NCBI RefSeq assembly: GCF_001194135.2 | Contig: NC_068996.1 | Location: 36,589,632-36,623,026 of the forward strand | Direction of reading: 5' to 3' | Origin: Octopus bimaculoides | Lineage: Eukaryota | DNA length: 33,395 nucleotides | Shown: positions 11,850 to 21,658 of the stretch, one piece after another | Numbering within the stretch: position 1 is the first letter of the stretch | Layout of the letters: every line of letters begins with the position of its first letter | The notes under the pieces: model-generated | Told to the model about the DNA's origin: nothing | What the model saw: only the letters and a program-made list of their open reading frames with translations | Databases searched by the model: none | Translations under genes and position numbers: made by a program

Positions 11850-12560
11850 GGAATGTTAGTTGAGTAAAGAAACTTTTTTGCAGACAGTATATGAATACTC
11901 TGCATTGTACAAAAACTACACAGTTTATTGTTCTCTAAGGATGTGGCTTTTGCTCTAGAAAGTATAGCTGTTTATTTAGTTTTCTAAATGAATGCATGTG
12001 GGAATTAAATCTAAACTTAAAAGGGTTTGAGACTATAACAACATAGATCTTTAGATTTGTGGATAATGATCTCTGTACATTGGTACACAATACATTTAAC
12101 CATGTAGTTTTAGTCCAGAGAGTAGGAGATTGGCATTAGTACTGTTACAAATGGTTGACATGTTGTTTGTTGTTGATTTTTTTTTTCTGCTTACCAATTT
12201 TAGAAGTGTTAGAAAAGGATAAATTTTGGCCAAAGTTTAGAGTGGTTGAGTGTAATAATTGATTATATTTGTTGGAGATTTTGGCTTATACACCATTTAA
12301 AAGAACATCCTTTTCGAGGAGTTTAAAGAATTTTTGAACTAATGATGTAGCAACCATGATATTGAATTGGTGTGAGTACCTGTCGATGGTTTTTTAAAAT
12401 TTTTTATTTTTTTTAAGTTGTGGGTCATTTCTGTTGGTGTGAGAGCTTGATGTAGAAGTGTAATAGTCTAATAAAGATGTTCAAAATTTGGGGTAGTTGA
12501 AGTGTTTTTGAATCTAATTAAGTTATTCTAATTCAGGGAAAGTTAGATTTGAATTTATAT
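11850..12560 (-). mobile_element. Decayed Penelope-like element fragment (linker and GIY-YIG endonuclease)
   Basis: Broken minus-strand frames give TSLVQKFFKLLEK...AKISNKYN, NYMVKCIVYQCT and KIYVVIVSNPFKFRFNSHMHSFRKLNKQ. These resemble the PLE pattern IGKKFFKLLDKHF...VVY..YIG.T...FK.RF..H..SFR. Boundaries are approximate. Confidence 0.62.
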
Positions 12561-12607
12561 TCTTTTATTTATTTATTCATTTATTTTATTTTATTTATTT
12601 ATTATCT

Positions 12608-12990
12608 TTTACCTGTTCAATCATTAGAATGTAGCTATGCCTTGAATTTTTAGTTAAATGAATTGACTCCAGTACTTATTTTATTAAGCCTGGTGTTTAT
12701 TCTATCAGTCTCTTTTGCCAAACCGCAAAATTATGGGGATGTAAACACACCAGCACCAGTTGTCAAGTGGTGATGGGAGGACAAACAAAGACACACACAT
12801 AGATATGTATACATATATATATATATACGATGGGCTTCTTTCAGTTTCCATCTACCAAATCCACTCACAAAGCTTTAGTTGGCCTGAAGCTATAGTAGAA
12901 GACACTTGCCCAAGGTGCCATGCAGTGGGATAGAACCCGGAACCATATGGTTAGGTAGCAAGCTTCTTACTTCACAGTCACTCCTGTGCC
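12608..12990 (-). mobile_element. Family B SINE, near full length
   Basis: Minus strand: aggcacaggagtgactgtgaagtaagaagcttgct...ggttccgggttctatcccactgcatggcaccttgggcaagtgtcttctactatag (tRNA-like head and MIR/CORE-like ccttgggcaagt), with an internal microsatellite. Confidence 0.82.
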
Positions 12991-13134
12991 TATTTTTAAA
13001 ATTTATTTAACTTTTGTTACTCTGTCACTTTTAATCCAATTCTTACTTCATCTTTACCATCATCTTATTCGATACACTCACGCATTGCAAGTAGAGCACG
13101 ATCACCAGTTTTTAAGTTTCCATTATATTTAATG

Positions 13135-13167
<33 letters not shown>

Positions 13168-13168
13168 T

Positions 13169-13511
13169 TCTTAATTGATTGGAAGTGTTATCATGTACAT
13201 TGTTTTGTCTTGGTATAAAAGATGGGCTACTGCAAATATTCTGCTCAATACCACAGATTTGCTTGTCAGTTGTTTGACCTTAACCAGTTGAGCATGTCCC
13301 TTGGTGGCTGACGATATGTGCATCTCTGATCATGAGCAGAAGTAGTGGGGGAGCATCATAGCCATGTGTTGAGAGGAATTTTTTGAGGTTTGAATAATTC
13401 ACCTCTGGAAACATGGGTGTTTCATTCAACATCCTTAAACAACCCTTATTCAGGGACATTTTGAATAGGATGGGCTACTCGACCTGAAGGAAATTCTAAC
13501 CAGGCCACACC
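13169..13511 (+). mobile_element. Family E repeat, second copy, following (TAA)n
   Basis: Inverted copy of 7266-7609. Confidence 0.85.
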
Positions 13512-13599
13512 ACAATTTCCTTTTCAAGGGAAACTTGAAGAAGTCAACGAGAGCTCTACAAAAGAAGAATGTATCTATCTTCATGCCTTTCAGCCTTGT

Positions 13600-13830
13600 C
13601 CACCAAACAATCTCATAGACAAATGGCTGAAGGAGATTGAAATAGATTGTCCATTAGGGCTCCTACAGAAATTTTCTCTCTTAGGGACAGCTAGGATTAT
13701 CAGGAGGTTCTAAGCATTTGAAAGACTGCTGAAAATTTGTGGATACCTAAGGTTACAGGTAGTAACCCACTATCAACATAATTCTTACCAGCAATAAAAC
13801 CAAACCCGAGACAAACCAAAATAATAATGA
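13600..13830 (+). mobile_element. Second R4/Dong-like 3' fragment
   Basis: From 13621 it reads KWLKEIEIDCPLGLLQKFSLLGTARIIR, similar to EIGIENPVELLQKVCLLGRARIIKEVL of the 6556-7069 copy; followed by a TAA-like tail. Confidence 0.7.
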
Positions 13831-14053
13831 TGATAATGACTTCAAATTTTGGCACTAAGCTAGCAATTTTGAGGGAGTAAATAAGTCAATTAAATCGACC
13901 CCAGTGTTTAACTGGTTCTTTTTTTTATCAACTCAGAAAGGATAATAGGTAAAGTCGACCTCAGTGGAATTTGAACTCAAAATGTGAAGAATGATGAAAT
14001 GCCACTAAACATTTTACCCCGTGTGCTAACGATACTGTCAAACACGTTGCCTT
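13830..14053 (-). mobile_element. Family A SINE
   Basis: aatcgaccccagtgtttaactgg...aaagtcgacctcagtggaatttgaactc...gtgctaacgat is the reverse complement of family A. Confidence 0.78.
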
Positions 14054-14549
14054 AATAAGGATAATATATGCGTTTGTGTATGTGCAGCCCCTTACCCTAA
14101 ATTCCCAGTCTACTTTATATAAGGTACACACATTCCCAACGTATCTATTCTATAATTTTTTTTTTTAATATACGAATTTTAGGAGAGACTTAGCTGCTAT
14201 TTTTAGCAGGTTGATTAACTACGTGAAAAAAAAAGCTTCCATCTTTAGAAGAGAATAAATATTGAGTAAGGGAGATAATTCTAAATGTCTTTTTTTATTT
14301 AGTTTTCATTCAACTGTTTTCTTTCTTTTTTTTTTTGTCAATTCCCCTTCATTTTTACTCATCTTCCTTTAATACTTTCAATTAACCCTTAAAATTTGAT
14401 TGATCAATTTCAGTATATTGAATTTATTTTAAATTGTAATCAACAATTAAGGTCCAACGACATAAAACTCCAACCGTCGAAATTATGTTTATTAAAAAAA
14501 AAAGAAGAAAAAAAAAGAGAAAGAGGTCTTTTATAATTTACTTTTCTAC

Positions 14550-15072
14550 TTTTTACTTGTTTTGTAGTCAGTAGGCTGCGGCCATGCTGGGGCACCATCT
14601 TGAAGAACTTATAGTTGGGTGAATCGACCCCAGTACTTTTTTTCTAAGCCTGGTACTTATTCTATGGGTCTCTTTTGCTGAACCGCTAAGTTATAGAGGA
14701 CATAAACACACCAACAATGGTGGTGGACAAATAAACACAGACACAACACACACACACACACGCCCATGTATACATATATATATANNNNNNNNNNNNNNNN
14801 NNNNNNNNNNNNNNNNNNNNNNNNNNNNNNNNNNNNNNNNNNNNNNNNNNNNNNNNNNNNNNNNNNNNNNNNNNNNNNNNNNNNNNNNNNNNNNNNNNNN
14901 NNNNNNNNNNNNNNNNNNNNNNNNNNNNNNNNNNNNNNNNNNNNNNNNNNNNNNNNNNNNNNNNNNNNNNNNNNNNNNNNNNNNNNNNNNNNNNNNNNNN
15001 NNNNNNNNNNNNNNNNNNNNNNNNNNNNNNNNNNNGGGGGGGGGGCAAACACAGACACAAAGACACACACAC
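14550..15072 (-). mobile_element. Family B SINE 3' part running into the gap at 14785-15035
   Basis: gcggccatgctggggcaccatcttgaagaa...tcgaccccagtact...gctgaaccgctaagttatagagg; caaacacagacacaa also appears after the gap. Confidence 0.72.
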
Positions 15073-15129
15073 GTTCCTCGAGACATGTAATTTATTTTAA
15101 GGGTTACACAAAGGTAAAAAGGTTAAGAA

Positions 15130-15360
15130 ACACTGGATTAGGGTATTGAACTCAAGATCATAAGGTCATGAGTTTGATTCCCAGTGGTGCATTGTGTCCT
15201 TAGGCACATCACTCAGGTCACACTCAGCTGGCAAAAATGAGTTGTACCTGTAATTCAAAAAGGGCCAGTCTTGTCACAGTCTGTGTCATGCTGAGTCTCC
15301 CTGAGAACTTATTTAAGGGTATGCATATCTGTTGATCAGATTAACTGGAACACTTCTTGT
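15130..15360 (+). mobile_element. Family C SINE variant
   Basis: cactcagctggcaaaaatgagttg...aagggccagtcttgtcaca...ttaagggta shares segments with both 2600-2820 and 23888-24236. Confidence 0.65.
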
Positions 15361-16359
15361 AGCAGGTGGAGTGTCAGTTTTGTTGAACTCTTGAACCTTG
15401 GGGCACACATTTGTAGGAGGCATTTCATCAAAGGCATTCCAAATGTGACCATCCCATCTTTGTAGGTGTATATAAGGCTATGTTATTCTACGTGTCCATT
15501 CCATTCCTTATTTTAAGATGGTGGAATGTTATTTGAAGAGAGTTGACTGTTGTTTCTAGCAGGTTGAATAACTGTGGAGGCTAACCTTGTCTGCTGTTAT
15601 TGCTGCAAAAGTTTAAATCTTGCAAACTCTTGGAGAAACTATGCCTGCCAACCCCATGGAATACAGATTCGGAATCGGAAACACAGCCACCACCACCACC
15701 ACCACAATTACCTCAAGTAAATAAAAAACAAAAACAAACAAAAAAAACTAGATGATTGAATTAGTTTGTTTTCACACTGGGGGTCACAAACTGTATATGG
15801 AACCCCAGGTGGCTGTGACAGCTGTGTACAGAATGGAGGGGGAGGAGAAGAAGGTGGTGATGGTGGTGGTGCTGCTGGTGGAATGAAGAATGAGGAAGTA
15901 TGACGGATATTTCTTAGATAGATTAGAAATGAAGAACTCCAAAGTAGTTCTTGCTTGGGGCAGTACTGCTTTGGAGTACCGACTATGGCAGAATAATGAG
16001 AATGTGAAATATAGACAGATTCAAAGAGAGAGGGGGGAGGGTCTCAAATTTGATAGTTTAGAAATAGATTACTAAATTAGGGATAATCTTGTCCCAGATT
16101 TTTTTCTTTTTTTTTTCGTTAATTTGATCAGTTGAAATAAATAAGGATTTTGGAATCATGCTCAAGAATTTTTTTGAATTTTTGCAGACTTAAATATTTA
16201 CATTCTATAAATGAGAGTGAAATACTCTGTCAAAATCATAAAATGGAATGCAAATTACCAAGCTTTGCCATCTCCAAAGAATTTGTTGGCCATGCTAGGA
16301 CCGTCATATGTAATGCATGGCAAGGAATGGAAATCTAATTAATGGCACCACTACCAGTA

Positions 16360-16700
16360 CTGCTATCTTTGTCATCATCATCATTATCAGCAGCAGCAGC
16401 ATTGTCCTCCTTCTCATCATCATCGTTATCATTATCATCATCAACACTGTCATCATCATCAGCATCAGCAGTCGTTATCATCATCATCATCATCATCTTT
16501 GTTATCATCATGAACATCATCATTATTGTCATCATCATCATCATCCTTGTTGTCATTGTCGTCATTATCATAAATGTCATCATTATCACCACCACCATCA
16601 TCATCATCATCAATGTCATTATCATCACTGTCATCATTACCATCATCATTATCATCATCATCATCAGTGTCATCCTTGTTATCATCATCATCATCATCAT
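16360..16700. repeat. Degenerate (ATC)n trinucleotide array
   Basis: Direct reading; source of the poly-H/I/S ORFs. Confidence 0.9.
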
Positions 16701-17201
16701 TGTTTTTAAATCCCTTTTCTCACACTTGCAAAGCTTTATTGAAGCAGATTTTCTTTCCCTGACTGGATGCTCTTACTGTTACTAACCCTCACTTGTTTTC
16801 CAAACAAGGGGAATATTTCCCAGCACAATGACCAGACATGGGGATTTTGTTTTTGCTTTTTCTTTTTTGACATCAAACATGTATGATTGCTGGTTCTTGC
16901 TTAGAATTAGCACACATCAAAACAGGGTGACACAAACACATATATACATACATCTATGCATACATGCACACATACATATATGTATATATGATATGTCATC
17001 ATCATCATCATCATCATCATCATCACACACACAAACACAAGCATATACAAATATACAAGTGTATGTATGTATCTATATATACAAAAAGAATTTGTACCAG
17101 TTTTAATGTTTATGTTTAAGAATTTTTAAAAATCCAATTCTTTTATTCTGTGTTTGTTTTATTATATATGTATTCATACATTTATTTATTTCTCTTTCCA
17201 G

Positions 17202-17332
17202 TTGTACAGATGGTTGGCAAGGACCACTTTGTGATCAATGCAGTCCTTATCCAGGCTGTTTGCACGGCACCTGTAGAGAACCTTGGGAATGTAACTGTGC
17301 TAGGAATTGGGGGGGAATTCTCTGTAATAAAG
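17202..17332 (+). CDS. JAG1: Jagged/Serrate exon (equivalent to JAG1 exon 6), end of EGF1 and EGF2
   Basis: tctttccag|T TGT ACA...AAT AAA G|gtttgt; 131 nt, phase 2 to 1. [43 protein letters not shown] resembles JAG1 [43 protein letters not shown]. Confidence 0.96.
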
Positions 17333-17358
17333 GTTTGTCAATTTACATTTCATTATTA

Positions 17359-17470
17359 TTTCTTCTTCTTCTTCTTCTTCTTCTTCTTCTTCTTCTTCTT
17401 CTTCTTCTTCTTCTTCTTCTTCTTCTTCTTCTTTTCTTCNNNNNNNNNNNNNNNNNNATTATTATTATTA

Positions 17471-17532
<62 letters not shown>

Positions 17533-17705
17533 TTATTATTATTATTATTTTATTTTTATTATTATTATTATTATTATTTTATTATTATTATTATTTTATT
17601 TTTATTATTATTATTTATTATTATTATAATTATTAAGGCGGCAAGCTGGCAGTGTAATCTTCTAGTCCCCTGCTCCCAAATTTCAGGCCTTTATTATTAT
17701 TATTA

Positions 17706-17742
<37 letters not shown>

Positions 17743-17745
17743 CCA
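17359..17745. repeat. (TTC)n then (ATT)n arrays with a gap at 17440-17457 and a collapsed family A remnant at 17634-17690
   Basis: Direct reading; begins about 27 nt after the exon donor at 17333. Confidence 0.92.
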
Positions 17746-18122
17746 GTAGTCTTATCTTTATCACATGCTTTCACTGCACTACTGAGTGTAGCTCTGTGTG
17801 CCTTGGGTATGTGCTGTGGTTTGTTGTGGTGCTCTTATGGTTACTGTATTGAAAGTGCTTTACATAAGATCTGCGTGGTGCCTTAGTAATGCTATTTTCT
17901 GTATGTTATATGATTTTAAATCTGCACCTCTGAGATGTGAACAACAAACAAAGTAGCCAGCCCTATATGTTCTGGTGGCCTTTAACAAATTATATATAAC
18001 AAAAATTACAACAATAACCAACTCTGAAACATGAACTAACAAACTTATGAATGATGCAACAAGCATCTTCTACTCTTTGAACTTCGTTGAATTTTTTAAA
18101 AATTTCTATTTGAAAAAGGTGT

Positions 18123-18132
18123 TGATTGACAG
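18123..18132 (+). promoter_or_regulatory. Exact PBX-MEIS/PREP decamer TGATTGACAG in non-repetitive intron sequence
   Basis: Motif match only; there is no functional evidence. Confidence 0.25.
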
Positions 18133-18686
18133 GGATGTGCTGTCTCCCAGTAAATTTGTTGAAAGGGAGCGGACCTACTCTAAGCTGGCACCTGATGGCT
18201 GAGAAGCATAGAGGAGAGAAGAGCACTTGCTGTGTTACTCTTGGTGAATAGGAAGGGCTTGAGATCTGTAGGGTTCCTTGGTGGCCTGTGGGGGGCATTT
18301 TCCCTCTCTCCTGTTTAGAATTATGTCAGGATGCTCTTATATATATTCATATTTATGCACACACATGTAGGGGGAAAATTTGGTAAATTGTATGTCCCAC
18401 AATAATTGATATTGTTCTTAAAATAAATTCTTAGAAGATGGGAAATAAATAAAAAAATACCTAGAGGTTGACATGTAGACTAGTTCCTCTTTAGCTCTGC
18501 AATATTGTACACTGCCCACGTGTTGCTCATGTAGTCTCTATATCTCTTACATTGTCCTATTGTCTTACATCTAACACCATGTTATTCTAAAAATCAACTG
18601 TTTTTACTTTATAGTTTTATGGTTATTACATTTCATTTCCAACTCTTATCCGTATCTTCCTGTTAGCTACTTCGTTAATTAACTTA

Positions 18687-19095
18687 ACGTAAATCCTCGA
18701 GTATAACCCGCACTTTTTTCTCAAAATTTAAAGGTCAAAATCCCTAGTGCGTACTATATACGGGGTTTAAAATGAAATATATTTTCTAAGTGATAAATAT
18801 GTAAAGGCAATTTATTTAATATTTATTATCCACTGACTTTATTAGTTATTTCTTTATTTTCTGCAAACAAAGTGCACAAAAAAGCTACCCGTTTGCATTA
18901 TGTTATATATACAATAATAATAAACGACATTACCGTATATATATTTACAAACCAAGGACGTTATATAGACCTCCTTGACTCAAGTTAGAGAAGGGGTGCG
19001 TATTATACACAAGGTTTCGGTTTTTCAGAGGTACAACCCCCTAAAAATCCCCTGTGTATTATACTCAAGGGTGGACTGTACTCGAGGATTTACAG
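18687..19095. mobile_element. Tc1/mariner (pogo/Tigger-like) MITE, about 409 bp
   Basis: TA|acgtaaatcctcgagtataacccgc ... gtggactgtactcgaggatttacag|TA: ~25-bp terminal inverted repeats with TA flanks and no ORF. Confidence 0.78.
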
Positions 19096-19552
19096 TATAT
19101 ACACTACATTAATTCAGTTATTTTTTTATATTATTACCTCCCTTGCATCATTACATTATGGGAACTTGTAAGTAAAAAAAAGAAAAAGGTAATAGTGGTT
19201 TTGGTGAATGGAAAACTGTCATACAATATAATGTGTGCTTGTGTACATGCATGTGTGTGTATGTGTGTGAATTTTTGCTTTCTGTGTTTAGTTTGAGCTA
19301 CCGAGAGTGCCTTTTATCAATATGTCTCTGTCAACAAATCGCTCGCTAGATCTACCCCCATCAAAGATGAGTTGAATTGAAACGTCCCATATTAGAAATA
19401 CAAGCAAGGGTTAATGATTAGGAGAGCATCTGACTATTAAAAAAATGCTTCGATAATGTATTTGTTTAAACTTTGCTAGCATGAATGAATGAGCACACAT
19501 ATGCCCCATCTACACACATACACGTGCACACACACATACATTTAAACATTTA

Positions 19553-19633
19553 AGTTCTGAGGAAGCTACAAGATGATGCACAAACACTCAGCTGTAAGTG
19601 TACTGCATCTTATTGCAGAAACAGATGTAAGCC
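19553..19633 (+). ncRNA. Hammerhead-ribozyme-like motif, sense to Jagged
   Basis: GTT-CTGAGGA-A-GCTACAAGATG...CATCTTATTGC-A-GAAAC-AGAT-GTA-AGCC; same family as 11257 and 32237. Confidence 0.6.
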
Positions 19634-20092
19634 AATGAAGTTGATTATTTAAATTTTTATTTCTTTGTCATTTATTTAATGTCTTATTACTGCTCTGTAC
19701 TCAACTGATGTTTTATTCTCAAGCATAAAGATACTTAGTTCTAACACCAGGTTATTAGTATCGCTATACCTAAAGTGAAATCTTTACATACATAAATAAC
19801 ACACACACATATACATCTGAGAGATCTACATGAAGTAAGGGTAGATATTTTCAAAACACAGTTTAACCTCCTGCTGTCCAAGGCCCCTGATGAACTTACA
19901 TCATGACAAGGTGCCCTCAAAAGGGCACCAATGTTGAACTCCCCCTTTCACCAAAAGCCAATCACAAAAGCATGCCTAGTGAAAAGATAACACTGATGGT
20001 ACCCCAGCATGACCACAGCCTTTGGGCTTAAACACATAAAAGAATATATATATAAACATATATATATATATATATATGCATATATATGTATA

Positions 20093-20394
20093 GCGGCACT
20101 GGCAGCGAGGTTGTTGCCAGTGCCGCTGGACTGGCTCCTGTGCAGGTGGCATGTAAAATACACCATTTTGAGTGTGGCCGTTGCCAGTACCACCTGACTG
20201 GCCTTCGTGCCAGTGGCACGTAAAAACACCCACTACACTCTCGGAGTGGTTGGCGTTAGGAAGGGCATCCAGCTGTAGAAACCCTGCCAAATCAGATTGG
20301 AGCCTGGTGTAGCCATCTGGTTCGCCAGTCCTCAGTCAAATCGTCCAACCCATGCTAGCTTGGAAGGCGGATGTTAAACGGTGATGATGATGAT
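20093..20394 (+). mobile_element. Family D, young copy
   Basis: High similarity to 2991-3340; GAT tail. Confidence 0.88.
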
Positions 20395-20768
20395 ACACGC
20401 AGTTATCATTTTCTTTCGAAACACTTAGACAGCATACAAGTACTCAAGTCAAACCTGAAGCATTAGATAAGTACAATGGATATAATAGAAAAAGTTCAAA
20501 TCAGACAAACTTCGGTTAACATAAATATATATATATATATACAGATTTAATTAAAATAAAAATAAGAATATATATAATAACTGTTTTAGAGTCTTCTATT
20601 TATTACTGTAACCAACCGCATTTCAGTTGTGTGTGTGTATAAGTTTGTATACGTGTAAGTGTGTGTGTATGTATGTATATATATATGTATGTATCACCTT
20701 TTACATGTACTCAAAAAACAGTACCTGAATAACCTAAAACTTTCATTTCTTTTGATGATTTATTCCAG

Positions 20769-20888
20769 ATCTTAACTACTGCGGAACTTATCAACCTTGC
20801 TTGAATGGTGGCATTTGCCAAAACACCAAACCTGATGAATATTCTTGCACCTGTTCTAAAGGATTTTCTGGAGGAAACTGTGAAATAG
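20769..20888 (+). CDS. JAG1: Jagged/Serrate exon (equivalent to JAG1 exon 7), EGF3
   Basis: tattccag|AT CTT AAC...GAA ATA G|gtacgt; 120 nt, phase 1-1. [40 protein letters not shown] vs JAG1 [40 protein letters not shown]. Confidence 0.96.
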
Positions 20889-20988
20889 GTACGTTTTCTT
20901 TTATCATAAAGGTGGCAGCACTGAAATCATTAGCATAACATTATCATATATTAATATTATTGTTGGTAATGAATTGGAAGACTCTATA

Positions 20989-21150
20989 AGTGCAGGTATG
21001 GCTGTGTAGTTAAGAAAGTTTCTTCCCAGCCACATGGTCTTAGGTTCAGCCCCAGTTCGTGACACCTTAGGTAAGTATTTTCTATTATAGAACTTAGCCT
21101 ACCAAGGTGGATTTTGTATGGGAAAGCTGAATGAAGTCTGCACGCGTGCA
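20989..21150 (+). mobile_element. Family B SINE 5' half
   Basis: gcaggtatggctgtgtagttaagaaag...ccacatggtcttaggttcagccc...caccttaggtaagtattttcta. Confidence 0.7.
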
Positions 21151-21188
21151 CACACACACACACACACACACACAGATAAAGTTAGATA

Positions 21189-21336
21189 AGGCCAATTTAT
21201 GGAGTTACCCTGAGTTTCATGTCCATAAAGTGCTTAGTTTACAGCATATCATCAGATCCCAAACCTGTTGGTTTATGACCTGTCTAGCAAGTACTAGGTT
21301 TCACGTGAAACCCAGGGTAATGCCATAAACCTGCAT
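21189..21336. mobile_element. MITE-like foldback, local family G, copy 1
   Basis: ttatggagttaccctgagtttcatgt pairs with acgtgaaacccagggtaatgccataa; homologous to 31916-32072. Confidence 0.68.
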
Positions 21337-21413
21337 TATCTAATTTTATATAATATATTGCTCTATACCTTAGAGTCTGCTTCTTTTTTCTATTCATGTT
21401 TTACCGACAACAT

Positions 21414-21562
21414 ATAAAGTGATAGTATGTTGTCAACTTAATGTGGCAGTCCCATGAAAGGGAAGAAGGCTACTGCTATTTAGCCCTAGGAAACACCGAT
21501 TCCTTTTGGACTTCCCTTTTATGAGACTGTCACATTAAGTTGACAACATATTATCACTTTAT
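21414..21562. repeat. Inverted repeat with 52-bp arms and a 45-bp spacer
   Basis: Arms 21414-21465 and 21511-21562 have 4 differences. The left arm and spacer resemble 6466-6555 on the minus strand. Confidence 0.88.
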
Positions 21563-21658
21563 CGTGCTGCTATTGCATAAATCTCTCTGAGAGATTTAGA
21601 AATGTATTATTTCTATTTTCAAAAGTCAGTGAATATATATATATATATATATATATAT

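Noticed and set aside
11997-12004. CSL/Su(H) site TGTGGGAA, attractive for Notch feedback
   Set aside because: A single 8-mer inside a decayed retroelement; expected by chance and not paired.
16317-16785. Poly-His, poly-Ile and poly-Ser ORFs
   Set aside because: Translations of an (ATC)n array; no splice or domain support.
19885-19910. CTGATGA motif as another hammerhead
   Set aside because: No downstream GAAA or stem II.
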